Shown one piece after another: positions 26,844-36,126 of a DNA stretch of 49,519 nt; within the stretch, counting starts at the first letter, position 1, and each line of letters opens with the position of its first letter. Under the pieces are notes generated by a model. The model worked only from the letters and a program-made list of their open reading frames with translations, ran no database searches and was not told the DNA's origin. The position numbers and the translations under genes are program-made. Location: assembly GCA_028867115.1 (NCBI GenBank), contig JAGWGY010000002.1:1-49519 (forward strand), in the 5' to 3' direction. This stretch comes from Candidatus Micrarchaeota archaeon (GTDB lineage Archaea; Micrarchaeota; Micrarchaeia; Micrarchaeales; CABMGC01).

Positions 26844-27611
26844 ATGCTGTTTCTGATCGGGATGGGGCTCAACTATGACGATATCCCCTACAGCGCAATA
26901 GACACCATAACCTCGGCGGACGAGGTGCTCGTGGACCAGTACACCAACTTCATACCAGAAGAGGCACTGGAAAGCATCAAAACGAGGCTAAAGATCAACC
27001 TTAGGCTGCTGAGCCGCTCAGAGCTTGAGGAGAACGCGAAGGGAACAATTGCCAAGGCAGCATCATCAAGCATCGTAATATTGGTCCCTGGCGACCCGCT
27101 GATCGCGACTACGCACCACACCATACTAGATCTTGCGCACAAGATGGGCATAGAGTACCGCGTGTTCCACGCGCCCTCGATATTCTCTGCAGGCATAGGG
27201 GAGAGCGGGCTTGACATATACAAGTTCGGCCCAACGACCACAATCACCTTCTGGAGCGAGAAATACAAGCCAACATCTTTCATAGACGTCGCAAAGAGGA
27301 ACGTCGAGAACGGGCAGCACACAATGATGCTATTTGATTACCACTATCAGGAAAAACGCAGGATGAGGCTGGGCGAGGCGATTGTGCTGCTTCACGCCGC
27401 AGACGAGCAGAGGAAGGCGGGGGTGATGACGCAGGATCGCAAGCTGCTGATCCTTGGAGACATCGGCAAGGATACACAGCTGATACGATATGTCGCGTTC
27501 GGGGGCATAGGCAAGGAAGTGCTGAGGGAGTTCGAGGGCAAGACGCTTACCATCGTAGTCCCAGCCAAGCCGAGCTTTGCAGAGGAAGAGGCGCTCACCA
27601 AATTCATTTGA
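26844..27611 (+). CDS. dph5: Diphthine synthase
   Basis: 255 aa. MLFLIGMGL..DI and GDPLIATTH are typical of the tetrapyrrole-methylase-fold Dph5. Confidence 0.85.
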   Translation: MLFLIGMGLNYDDIPYSAIDTITSADEVLVDQYTNFIPEEALESIKTRLKINLRLLSRSELEENAKGTIAKAASSSIVILVPGDPLIATTHHTILDLAHKMGIEYRVFHAPSIFSAGIGESGLDIYKFGPTTTITFWSEKYKPTSFIDVAKRNVENGQHTMMLFDYHYQEKRRMRLGEAIVLLHAADEQRKAGVMTQDRKLLILGDIGKDTQLIRYVAFGGIGKEVLREFEGKTLTIVVPAKPSFAEEEALTKFI

Positions 27612-28641
27612 CCTGGCGGCGCCAATACCTTATCGTGTATGCAAGCGATGAGAATCCAAAGAGTTGGACGAACCAGACGTTTGCAAGCCTTGCAAATATC
27701 GTTATGACCGATGCAAGCCCAACGCCAATCCCGTCCCCTCCAAAGAAGGCCAGCAAAAACCCAAAGAGAGTCGCATCTGTTATCCCCAGATTCGCAGGAA
27801 GGCCTGTCAGCATCCCTAGCAGCGTCGACATAGAGAAGATGAATATAACAATCGGTATGAAATGCAGGCTTAGATTTACTCCAAAAGCCAGCATCACAAA
27901 ATAGAGGCTTACCGCGTTTATTGCCATGGACGGTATGGTGTAGGCCATGGAGTTCGCATAAACATCGATCCCCAGCAGCTTGTTGTGCCTAAAGTACTTG
28001 TCGCCCACCTCAAAGAGCCTCCTAAACAGCTTCTTATTGTGCAGCCTCTTGCTGAAGAGCGAGTAAGCCCTCTTGCTGTATAGGAAGACGAACGGCAGCA
28101 GCAGGAGTATTGTCGCAACGATTGCAACAATCACATACTGCCCCACGAATATCGCCGCAACAACTGCAACGAAGGCGAAACCGGCAAAGTCTGTGAATAT
28201 GTCAGCGACAACCGCTGGCAGTGTCTTGCTGAATTTGGTCCCTGTGAGCCTGTTTATCGTGTAGGAAACCACTACCCTCCCCCACCTGCCAGGCGTTATG
28301 TCCATAGAGTACATGGACATGTAGATCAGAAAGTTCTGCAGCCTCCCTATCCTCACGCCCAGCCTCTTCATGTACAGCTCCCATTTCGGGAACCTTATCA
28401 CGTATGCAAAAAACACCACAAGGAGGGCGATTGCATAGTATCCAAGTTTTATCGACGCGACAGTTTCAAGGAAGTTGCTGTATCCTATCTTGTATACCGC
28501 GTACGCCGCAATTCCAAGGAATATCAGAAAGCTCGAGCCCAGTATGCCGAAGAGGATCCTCTCGTACTTTTTGATGTTCTTCCTGTACTCCTGGTGCTTG
28601 CGGGCTATCAGGGCCTGTGCTGCGATCCCTCTTCTCGGCAT
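27604..28641 (-). CDS. Flippase-like / UPF0104 (LPG-synthase-TM-like) polytopic membrane protein
   Basis: I trimmed the start to ATG 28641, 5 nt after the upstream gene's stop. The track's longer start overlaps taw1 by 92 nt. It has about 8 TM helices after a basic N-terminus. The family call is by general resemblance only. Confidence 0.45.
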   Translation of the reverse strand: MPRRGIAAQALIARKHQEYRKNIKKYERILFGILGSSFLIFLGIAAYAVYKIGYSNFLETVASIKLGYYAIALLVVFFAYVIRFPKWELYMKRLGVRIGRLQNFLIYMSMYSMDITPGRWGRVVVSYTINRLTGTKFSKTLPAVVADIFTDFAGFAFVAVVAAIFVGQYVIVAIVATILLLLPFVFLYSKRAYSLFSKRLHNKKLFRRLFEVGDKYFRHNKLLGIDVYANSMAYTIPSMAINAVSLYFVMLAFGVNLSLHFIPIVIFIFSMSTLLGMLTGLPANLGITDATLFGFLLAFFGGDGIGVGLASVITIFARLANVWFVQLFGFSSLAYTIRYWRRQVK

Positions 28642-28645
28642 GGTC

Positions 28646-29668
28646 TCATTTCTCGAAGTTGATGATCCTTCTTTGCGCAGAAACCTCATCAGCACACAGG
28701 AGCACCACCTTGCTGTGCTCGTGGTAATCCGCCACAATGTACCCTGACTCCTTTGCGATCCGGTTTGCGAACTCTATTACCTCCTCCTTCCTTGGCATCT
28801 GTTCGTATGAGAGGTGCCGATCCTCGCTCCTTGCGCCTCCGACAAAGGCGAATCCCTTTACCTCCACGTACTGCGGCCTGCCCTTTGCGATGAGCGAGGC
28901 ATATCCTTTCGCATCCACCATATTGACTCCCTTGACCAGCGTGAGCCTGAAGACACGCCTTGTCTTGAGTGTGGCAAATACCTCAAGGAATCCGTGGAAG
29001 TTCTGCCATGCGTTCAGGGTCTTTGCCCTTGCAATCGTGTTGTATACCTCCTCGTTCGGCGCCTGTATTGAGACATAGAGCTGGGTAGGCATTACGGTTA
29101 GCTTCTTTAGGGCGCCTACCATCGTGCCGTTAGTCACAAGGAACGTGCTGATCCTCCTGCGATGGAAAGCGTCGAGCAGCTTGCTCATCAGTGGGTAAAA
29201 CATGGGCTCCCCAGTGAGGCTGAGCGCCACGTGCGCAGGGTCGTTGGCCTCCTTCCAGCGCTGCAGGTCAGTCCCCTCCCTCCCCTTGAAGCCGCTAACA
29301 AGGCGGCGCTGCTCTGCAATAAGCCCCTCTACTATCGAATCGGGCTCATCCCAGTTCCCGAGCGCGTTTAGCTCGTTCCAGTTTATCCCGATCTCCTCAG
29401 GTATTATCCTCCAGCAGAAGCTGCACGCAAGGTTGCACCCTATCGCAGGTGTGCTCTGCATGCACCTCCAGCTCTTAATCCCATAGAACTGGTGCTTGTA
29501 GCACGTCGCGCCTTCCAGGCGCATGCTGTCCTCAGTGTAGTTGCACGTCTTTATCGCAGAATGCCTCCCAACAAAGTGGTATCCCTGCTTTTGCATCATC
29601 GTCTTTAGCCCGTCAGGGATCTTCGGCGAACTCTCAAGCCGGACTGCCTGCTGCGTCTCCTGCATCAA
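28646..29668 (-). CDS. taw1: tRNA 4-demethylwyosine synthase Taw1/TYW1 (radical SAM)
   Basis: 340 aa. Radical-SAM CxxxCxxC (CNLACSFCWR), upstream Cys residues, and a SLTGEP..YP motif. Confidence 0.85.
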   Translation of the reverse strand: MMQETQQAVRLESSPKIPDGLKTMMQKQGYHFVGRHSAIKTCNYTEDSMRLEGATCYKHQFYGIKSWRCMQSTPAIGCNLACSFCWRIIPEEIGINWNELNALGNWDEPDSIVEGLIAEQRRLVSGFKGREGTDLQRWKEANDPAHVALSLTGEPMFYPLMSKLLDAFHRRRISTFLVTNGTMVGALKKLTVMPTQLYVSIQAPNEEVYNTIARAKTLNAWQNFHGFLEVFATLKTRRVFRLTLVKGVNMVDAKGYASLIAKGRPQYVEVKGFAFVGGARSEDRHLSYEQMPRKEEVIEFANRIAKESGYIVADYHEHSKVVLLCADEVSAQRRIINFEK

Positions 29669-29730
29669 ATCAATTACACTCTATCAACATTCCAAATAAT
29701 AACCTTTTCGCAGTCAATACGTATGGTTTG

Positions 29731-30882
29731 ATGGAGCTGTCGCTGGAAATAAGGGGCAAGAGAGTTTTCGTCACCGACCACTCAACAATAGACCAGCTCA
29801 GGCGGTCCGCATACGGCTGGAAAACGGGCAGGACGATGGTGCTGCTCCCAGAGGAGGCGCTCTACCTGATGGACATCAGGAATGCAAAATGCACAGACAG
29901 CGGAAAAACGCTCTCTTTCAACGCTGTTGCGGAGAGATTCAACAAAGGCGGCAAGCTGATGGCAAGGTACTTTGCCTACAAGGACTGGAGGGACAGAGGC
30001 CTTGCGCTTCGCAGCCCTGATGTCAAATACCAAAAGCAGCACGCAGGGCCCGCAAAACGCTACCCAAAGTCCGCACTCAGGATATCAATACCGAAGGTGA
30101 AGGGCGCATTCTTCCCGCACGATCTGCTCTCAATAATTGACGATGACAAGTGCGGGAAGGAGCTCTACGAGCGATACTGGATAGGCCAGTACGGTACTTA
30201 CAAGGCAGCAGAGCGCGGCAGGCTAAGCAAGCTTGATGCGTATGAGACGCTATTTTTGATCGACAAGAAAAAGCTCTCGCTCAGAAATTCCACGAGGCAG
30301 GGCGTGCTGCGCAGCGCCAGCTCCAGAAGGAGGGACTTCCCAAGGCTATATGAGGTTTACAAGGACTGGAGGGACCACGGCTATGTGATAAAGACCGGCT
30401 TCAAGTTCGGGACGCACTTCAGGGTATACTTCCCTGGCGCAAGGCCGATAAAGGACGCGAACTGGATGCACTCAAAGCACGTGCTGCAGGTATTCCCAAA
30501 GGACTCGAGGCTGCTCATATCTGAATGGGCCAGGGCGATAAGGGTGGCGCACTCGGTGCGCAAGACGTTCATCCTGGCAATTCCAGGGAAGGCAAAGCCA
30601 AAGCACACGCCCATAGATTTCATACTCTACCACCGAAAAGGCGGAGAAACAGAGGATCCTGCCAAGACCCCGCCGAAATATGCGATGCTGGCGCTAGGGG
30701 AGGAGGAGTACATCGGCGGCAGCGAGCTCGCTGGCGCGATAGACGGGGCAAAGAAGCGCGGGCTTCAGCTGGTTCTTGCGATTGCCGACAGGGAGACCGC
30801 AGTCACGTACTACAAGGTGAGGAGGGTGGCGCTACCAGGGAGCAGGCACGACTACTACGAGATCGACTGGATGCAGCCGTAG
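29731..30882 (+). CDS. endA: tRNA-splicing endonuclease, long single-chain multi-unit form
   Basis: About 383 aa, against about 180 aa for a homotetramer-type subunit. One degenerate unit (YFAYKDWRDRGLALRS). One catalytic-looking unit (YEVYKDWRDHGYVIKTGFKFGTHFRVY...HSKHVLQVF...SVRKTFILAI). A further C-terminal unit (LQLVLAIADRETAVTYYKVRRV). Confidence 0.8.
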   Translation: MELSLEIRGKRVFVTDHSTIDQLRRSAYGWKTGRTMVLLPEEALYLMDIRNAKCTDSGKTLSFNAVAERFNKGGKLMARYFAYKDWRDRGLALRSPDVKYQKQHAGPAKRYPKSALRISIPKVKGAFFPHDLLSIIDDDKCGKELYERYWIGQYGTYKAAERGRLSKLDAYETLFLIDKKKLSLRNSTRQGVLRSASSRRRDFPRLYEVYKDWRDHGYVIKTGFKFGTHFRVYFPGARPIKDANWMHSKHVLQVFPKDSRLLISEWARAIRVAHSVRKTFILAIPGKAKPKHTPIDFILYHRKGGETEDPAKTPPKYAMLALGEEEYIGGSELAGAIDGAKKRGLQLVLAIADRETAVTYYKVRRVALPGSRHDYYEIDWMQP

Positions 30883-30930
30883 TGGCACAGAAGGCTTATA
30901 ATTTTTCAATGCCCTTGCCTATACGATTAC

Positions 30931-31344
30931 ATGAAGCGACAGCAGATTGCGCGTATTCCAAAGGATACTGACATCATGATAGAAGGGCTTTTCTCCAGAA
31001 AGGTAGTACGTACTATAACAGGCAACAGGGATGATTCGGAGGCAACAAGTACCTTCAAGGCGATCTGCAGGGACATGAGCTCCGTGCTCAAGACCAACTC
31101 TATCGATGGGTGCTACGAGAGGGTGAAGGAAGTGATGGCGTTCATGCGAAAGGAGTCGCTATCCATTACCGATTATGCAAACAAGATCCTCCAGGAGGCG
31201 AGGGCTGCCCTCTCAAGCGGCAAGATAAGCCCCGAGAGCATGCCTTACACCCTTGCGCACTACAAGGCTGCGCGCGAGATGGCGCTTTCCGCAGGGTCAA
31301 AGTTCTCGAAGCGCTCAAACCTCTCGTCCTACAGGAGGCTTTAG
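30931..31344 (+). CDS. Hypothetical protein
   Basis: 137-aa ORF, helical-looking. No family recognised. Confidence 0.4.
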   Translation: MKRQQIARIPKDTDIMIEGLFSRKVVRTITGNRDDSEATSTFKAICRDMSSVLKTNSIDGCYERVKEVMAFMRKESLSITDYANKILQEARAALSSGKISPESMPYTLAHYKAAREMALSAGSKFSKRSNLSSYRRL

Positions 31345-31415
31345 GCCGAAAAGTCGGCTTCCACTAATCTGAAAATCTTTATAAATCTATAAGAAGTATC
31401 ATACACGGTGACCAA

Positions 31416-31694
31416 ATGAAGATTTCAGACATATATCACATGGATATATACAGCGATTCGGGACAGTATCTTGGCGATGTTCAGGATGTTATCGTCGACC
31501 TTGAGAAGGGAGAGCTAAGCAGGCTGCTCACGATTCCTTGGAAGAACGCGAAGGGCGATGTCAAGGTAGTCCTGAGGCAGAAGAGCATTCTCTACAAGAA
31601 CGTCAAGAACGTAGGAGACGTTGTTCTTGTGTCTACATCCCCAGGGAGGGCTGAAGACGTCTCAAGGGAGGAAGCTTCGGATCTCTCAAGGTAA
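31416..31694 (+). CDS. PRC-barrel domain protein
   Basis: 92 aa. ISDIYHMDIYSDSGQYLGDVQDVIVDLEKGELSRLL matches the PRC-barrel pattern of small archaeal proteins. Confidence 0.6.
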   Translation: MKISDIYHMDIYSDSGQYLGDVQDVIVDLEKGELSRLLTIPWKNAKGDVKVVLRQKSILYKNVKNVGDVVLVSTSPGRAEDVSREEASDLSR

Positions 31695-31696
31695 GT

Positions 31697-32230
31697 TCAG
31701 AGCGGCTTGGGTGGCGTTAGCCCCCTCTGCCCAAAGTACCTTCCGCTGTACGCCTTCTCAACCCTGTTCATAGTCATCGAGAATATGACGTGAGCAAAGC
31801 GCGTGTCTGGCTTTAGCTTGATAGCATAAGGAGAGCTGTTGAATATCTCAAGAGTGATATTGCCTGCAAAGCCAGCGTCTATTATCGTGGGCGGCATCAC
31901 AAGCCCATGGCGCGCCCATGTGCTTCGCAGCTCAACGAAGCCGACCAGGTTGTCCGGCATCTTGATGTACTCCTTTGTTGATAGCAGGACCTGAGACTTT
32001 TGTTTGACTATGATTGTCTTGTTCCTGGAAACAATATACTCTTCCTTCATGTGCTCGGGATTGTCAGGGTCGAACACGAACCCTTCAGGGTGCGTCTCGT
32101 TCCTTACCGCGACCTCATCGGTTATGCGCAGGTCAACGCCATTCTCCCGCACTATCACCGGGTCAAAAGGAGTTATCTCCAGCCTCTTGCTGTTTATGAA
32201 GTTCATCAGGTCGAAATCTGAAAGAATCAT
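31697..32230 (-). CDS. dcd: dCTP deaminase (dUTPase superfamily)
   Basis: 177 aa. N-terminal MILSDFDL, then the pattern of trimeric dUTPase-fold dCTP deaminases (IDAGFAGNITLEIFN). Confidence 0.8.
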   Translation of the reverse strand: MILSDFDLMNFINSKRLEITPFDPVIVRENGVDLRITDEVAVRNETHPEGFVFDPDNPEHMKEEYIVSRNKTIIVKQKSQVLLSTKEYIKMPDNLVGFVELRSTWARHGLVMPPTIIDAGFAGNITLEIFNSSPYAIKLKPDTRFAHVIFSMTMNRVEKAYSGRYFGQRGLTPPKPL

Positions 32231-32294
32231 ATTTGCCCCCCAACATACGATTAGATAATCTTATTAAGTTAGCAAAATATAAAGAGTAACACGT

Positions 32295-32369
32295 GCTCCC
32301 ATCGTCTAGCTCGGTCAAGGACGTGGGGCTTTCAACCCTAAAACTCGGGTTCAAATCCCGATGGGAGCA
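32295..32369 (+). tRNA. tRNA-Glu (anticodon TTC)
   Basis: Hand-folded 75 nt. Acceptor GCTCCCA/TGGGAGC, anticodon stem TGGGG/CCCTA with loop CTTTCAA, T arm TCGGG-TTCAAAT-CCCGA, discriminator A. Confidence 0.9.
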
Positions 32370-32393
32370 TCCCGATAATTTTATAAGCATAAA

Positions 32394-32924
32394 ATGAGAA
32401 ATTGGCGTATGGATGAAGAATCACAGATAAGGGAGTGGCCCAAGCTATCATTCAGCGAGAACCAAAAGCTTGCACTAGCCTGCCTTGACTCTACAGTCGT
32501 GGGCACGATTGCGACCCACAATTCTCCCAGGGGGCCATGGGCGGCAACAGTCTTCTTCACATTCGATGAAAATTTTGGCATATTTTTTGTTTCACAACGG
32601 AACACTCGCCACATGCAGGACATCCTTGTTGACAACAACGTCGCTTTTTCTGCCTTTACGCCAATTTCAAAATCAAAGGGAAGCCACATCCAGGTCCAGA
32701 TAAACGGTCTTGCAGTGCCTGTCCAAGAATCAGAAGTGGAGAAGGCGTACACTGCAAGGGAACGTCGCCTAACTGGTGCAGGTACGTGGTTGCCCGGGAT
32801 CGAGGACATATTCAAGGTCTACCAGACCGGTGCGGTCTTCATGGTCATAAGGCCGCAGGAGGTCTGGTACGTCAACAGCGCACTCTTTGGCGGAGATAGA
32901 AAACTCATTCCTGTAAAATTCTAA
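32394..32924 (+). CDS. Pyridoxamine 5'-phosphate oxidase-like FMN-binding split-barrel protein
   Basis: 176 aa. VGTIATHNSPRGPWAATVFFTFDENFGIFFVSQRNTRH is typical of the PNPOx-like family. Confidence 0.6.
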   Translation: MRNWRMDEESQIREWPKLSFSENQKLALACLDSTVVGTIATHNSPRGPWAATVFFTFDENFGIFFVSQRNTRHMQDILVDNNVAFSAFTPISKSKGSHIQVQINGLAVPVQESEVEKAYTARERRLTGAGTWLPGIEDIFKVYQTGAVFMVIRPQEVWYVNSALFGGDRKLIPVKF

Positions 32925-33075
32925 ATGTACTCAATCCTGCTTCTCTTCCATTTCCTGCAATAAAGCCATCGGGCAATGAGAAAATAATGCATAGAAGGAA
33001 ACGGCTGCGTAGTAAAAGAATTTAAATGTGCCAGCAGTAGTAGAAGTCGAAGTTTTTAAAGAAAAAGGCGACAAA

Positions 33076-33576
33076 ATGAAGTTTTTCTTCGGGCATAGAG
33101 ACAAGAGTGCGAAAGACGTCGCGCCGCAGCAAAAAGATGGGCAGGAGATTACAAAATCCTACGAGCCGATATATGCAAAGAGGATGAAGATAGAGAACGG
33201 CATATTCACGAAAGAGCAGCTGCTCGACTTAGTCAAGAATGAGAAGGATGTATATCTCGTCCAGGTGTACATCGCAAAGCTGGCCAAGGAGAAGATGCTC
33301 GACAATGGGACAACGGTGGCGCTAATATCTCTCTTTAAGGGTCAGGTTGAAAATCCAAAGCCCTCATGGCATGTGATGTCATCTGTGCTTGACGCCCTGC
33401 TCACTTCCGATACGAGCGACGAGTACAAACTCACTACATTCAAGCAGCTTAATGCCTCAGTGCAGGACATGGAGCCCCGCATACGGGAGCTGATAAGAAT
33501 GGAGATCAACATCAAGATGAACACCAGCTGCACTCTATTGCAGGCGCAGAGAGACCAGAAGCCGGAGTACGAATAG
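33076..33576 (+). CDS. Hypothetical protein
   Basis: First ATG at 33076 (the track ORF begins at GTG 33028). Helical-looking, no family recognised. Confidence 0.4.
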   Translation: MKFFFGHRDKSAKDVAPQQKDGQEITKSYEPIYAKRMKIENGIFTKEQLLDLVKNEKDVYLVQVYIAKLAKEKMLDNGTTVALISLFKGQVENPKPSWHVMSSVLDALLTSDTSDEYKLTTFKQLNASVQDMEPRIRELIRMEINIKMNTSCTLLQAQRDQKPEYE

Positions 33577-33580
33577 CCCC

Positions 33581-34252
33581 CTACTTTATCCTGTTCACTT
33601 TCTTGAATTCCGCAAGGAAACCCTCAGAGGAGCTGTACATCATCACTGACCCTATTACCGCAAACACCACCACCATTGTTACCGATGCAACTATTAGGGA
33701 GAGCACCTGGAACTGCCCAGGGTTCTGCGCCATCTGCGGCAGCAGGAACAGTACGGCGAGTATGAACATTATCCAGAAGATGAAGGCAGCCACTCCAAGT
33801 TCAGGATAGTGGTTGCCAAATATCGCAGTGAGTCCCGCATACAGCACGAGCATTATACCACCAACGCTAAACAGCACCATGAGCGATGCCTCCGGCGGTA
33901 TCAGCGATACAGGGAGCGCGAATAATATTGCCCCTATAGCAATGATTATCATGAATGCACCAATGTTCCTCGAGTGAACGGAGTGCTCTTTTGGATTCAT
34001 TATCTTGACAGTGGTGATGTGGTGTGTCGCTACGCCTCCGATCGCAATCACGATCACCATCGTAAGGAGCACGCCCCACATGAACATTATGCTCAGCGCA
34101 TTGTTCGTGAAGTTCTGCACCAGCAGCGTCGAGAAGATGAAGCCTACACTGTAGAATGTGGCGATCAGTATCATCAGCAGCCCTATCAGTCGCCTGTTGT
34201 AGACTACCCAAAATTTCCTGACGTGCTCACGAGCGTGCCTCAATCGAAACAC
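33581..34252 (-). CDS. Hypothetical polytopic membrane protein (about 6 TM)
   Basis: 223 aa, strongly hydrophobic. It lies 44 nt downstream of the prepilin peptidase gene on the same strand. Confidence 0.55.
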   Translation of the reverse strand: MFRLRHAREHVRKFWVVYNRRLIGLLMILIATFYSVGFIFSTLLVQNFTNNALSIMFMWGVLLTMVIVIAIGGVATHHITTVKIMNPKEHSVHSRNIGAFMIIIAIGAILFALPVSLIPPEASLMVLFSVGGIMLVLYAGLTAIFGNHYPELGVAAFIFWIMFILAVLFLLPQMAQNPGQFQVLSLIVASVTMVVVFAVIGSVMMYSSSEGFLAEFKKVNRIK

Positions 34253-34296
34253 CAGTTAGAAATAGCATTACAGCTCTTAAACCCTTCGCATCGTTG

Positions 34297-35193
34297 TCAG
34301 ACAAGATACAGCAGCAGGTTTCCGAAAAGCAGCGCAGCCCCAACCCCGACAAGGGTAGGCACTGCAAGTGGCACGGCGTGCTTGTAAACCGGTATCCTCC
34401 TCCTCACTCTCGCTATCTTTGTTATTATGCCAGGCGTCACGAGCCTCCCGAATCCTGGCGAAATCTTCCTGAAGTAAGCTATGTCCCTAACCGCCATCAT
34501 ATCCTCTGCTATTATGTCCCCGTCCTCCAGCTCTCGCGGGTATATCAGGGCTATCATCTGCCTCATTATCCCCTTCTCGAAAAGCGCCATGAGCGCTGAG
34601 AATACCGCAATCAGGGATATTATCGCAGCAGCAACAGGATTGAACCCGAACAGGTACGTAACGAACAGGAGAAGCGACGCATAAGCGACAATCAAAATTG
34701 CCGCCTTCGCGGCCTCCCTGCTGCCAATGAGGCTCCTGGCCTCCTTCCTGCTCTTACTGTTCATCTTTAATATGTAATAGAGAGGCACGAACACTATCGC
34801 CGTAAACCCTGTCGCCACGAAGACCGATAGTATGAACGGCATCCCAAACTGCTGGCCTCCGAACAAAAGCGGCGAGGGCTGGATCGGTATCAGGAGCGAT
34901 ATCGCCACGAACTCGAACCCGTCCCCGAGCCCAAGCTGCCCTACCCTGTAGAGCACATAAGAGAGGGCGCCTACAACAATCGCAACAAGGGCGCTGAACT
35001 CTATCGTGTGCAGCCCTAGCACGAGTGTGAATATCGCCCCTATAAACACGCTCACATACGCAAAGGCGTCGGGTATGTCGCGCTTGTTGAACACGTCGTA
35101 GATGGCGTATATGATGACCATCGCAATAAGCGCAATGAGCCTTGCCGAATAAAGTGGCCCGTTCGAAGCCGAGCCAATTAGTGCGCCTATCAT
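34297..35193 (-). CDS. A24-family prepilin/preflagellin peptidase (PibD/FlaK-like)
   Basis: 298 aa, polytopic. The two aspartyl-protease motifs are present: YDVFNKRDIPD and GLGDGF. Confidence 0.7.
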   Translation of the reverse strand: MIGALIGSASNGPLYSARLIALIAMVIIYAIYDVFNKRDIPDAFAYVSVFIGAIFTLVLGLHTIEFSALVAIVVGALSYVLYRVGQLGLGDGFEFVAISLLIPIQPSPLLFGGQQFGMPFILSVFVATGFTAIVFVPLYYILKMNSKSRKEARSLIGSREAAKAAILIVAYASLLLFVTYLFGFNPVAAAIISLIAVFSALMALFEKGIMRQMIALIYPRELEDGDIIAEDMMAVRDIAYFRKISPGFGRLVTPGIITKIARVRRRIPVYKHAVPLAVPTLVGVGAALLFGNLLLYLV

Positions 35194-35397
35194 TCAACCG
35201 CGTTAAAAATTCTGTAGAAAAGGTTTAAATACCATGGCTTACAGAAATAAATCAGTGCAGACTATGCAGACTCAAATGACCTGGTATACCATGGGCATTA
35301 GGTCAGTTAGCATAGTCCACGACATTTTTAAGGCCGGCAATTTGGTATTGCCTGTCTGCGCATAAAGGCCGCAAAAGTCTTCTTTTTGGTGTTGCCT

Positions 35398-35778
35398 ATG
35401 CGTGGACTATATAGAGAGTATATCAAAAATCCGATAAGAGCCCTAGTGAGAACTCGTAAGGAGCAGGTGATCATAGCCGAGATCGGGTTCGATCACATCA
35501 CTACAGCTACCAGCTTCGTCGAGTACCTCTACGAGAAGTACGGCTTCTCGCGCAGCTGCGTGTGGTACAACCTAAAGAAGCTCAAGAAGAAGGGAGTGCT
35601 GGATTTTGCTGAGAAGTGCGAGTCGGAGGCGTACAAGCCTCTGTATCTGACCAAAGAGGGAGTGAGCACCCTGAGGGCCATTCTATCACAGAGCGTGGCG
35701 CAGATGGGAGTGGCTGCGAAGCCTTCAGGGTTTAGCCCCTCGATGAACAGGCCATACTACGGCCTGGGGCAAGGGTGA
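35398..35778 (+). CDS. Winged helix-turn-helix protein (putative regulator)
   Basis: ATG at 35398 (the track begins at TTG 35386). FSRSCVWYNLKKLKKKGVLDF...PLYLTKEG resembles a wHTH. Confidence 0.45.
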   Translation: MRGLYREYIKNPIRALVRTRKEQVIIAEIGFDHITTATSFVEYLYEKYGFSRSCVWYNLKKLKKKGVLDFAEKCESEAYKPLYLTKEGVSTLRAILSQSVAQMGVAAKPSGFSPSMNRPYYGLGQG

Positions 35779-35844
35779 GCGCGAGCTCGCCCCCTCAGGC
35801 TTTGGTGGCTGTAGCAAACGTTTTTAATTCTTGGATATACTATT

Positions 35845-36126
35845 ATGCACGATATTATGCCAAGACGAAATGCTCAAAAGAAGACAAGGGACAGAGTGTC
35901 AGCAGCAAAGGCGACGGTGCAGAAGGAGGTAGCGCAGAGCCAGGCGGCTTACCAGAAGAACAAGAACGCCTACAAGACCTGGGGAGGAGTCATCGCGATA
36001 ATCATAGGTCTCGTGCTGATAGTATGGAACCTTCAGGGAGTGCTTCTTGCACTGGTGGGATTCATACTGCTGTATGTCGGACTCAGGGTCCTGGGCTACA
36101 GGCTGCCTTTGCCTACAGTATCCTGA
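35845..36126 (+). CDS. Hypothetical small membrane protein (basic N-terminus, two TM helices)
   Basis: 93 aa. A K/R/Q-rich first half is followed by GGVIAIIIGLVLIVW and VLLALVGFILLYVGL. Confidence 0.45.
   Translation: MHDIMPRRNAQKKTRDRVSAAKATVQKEVAQSQAAYQKNKNAYKTWGGVIAIIIGLVLIVWNLQGVLLALVGFILLYVGLRVLGYRLPLPTVS

Noticed and set aside
32163-32390. 75-aa minus-strand ORF
   Set aside because: It spans the well-folding tRNA-Glu gene (32295-32369) and the dcd promoter region, so it is spurious.
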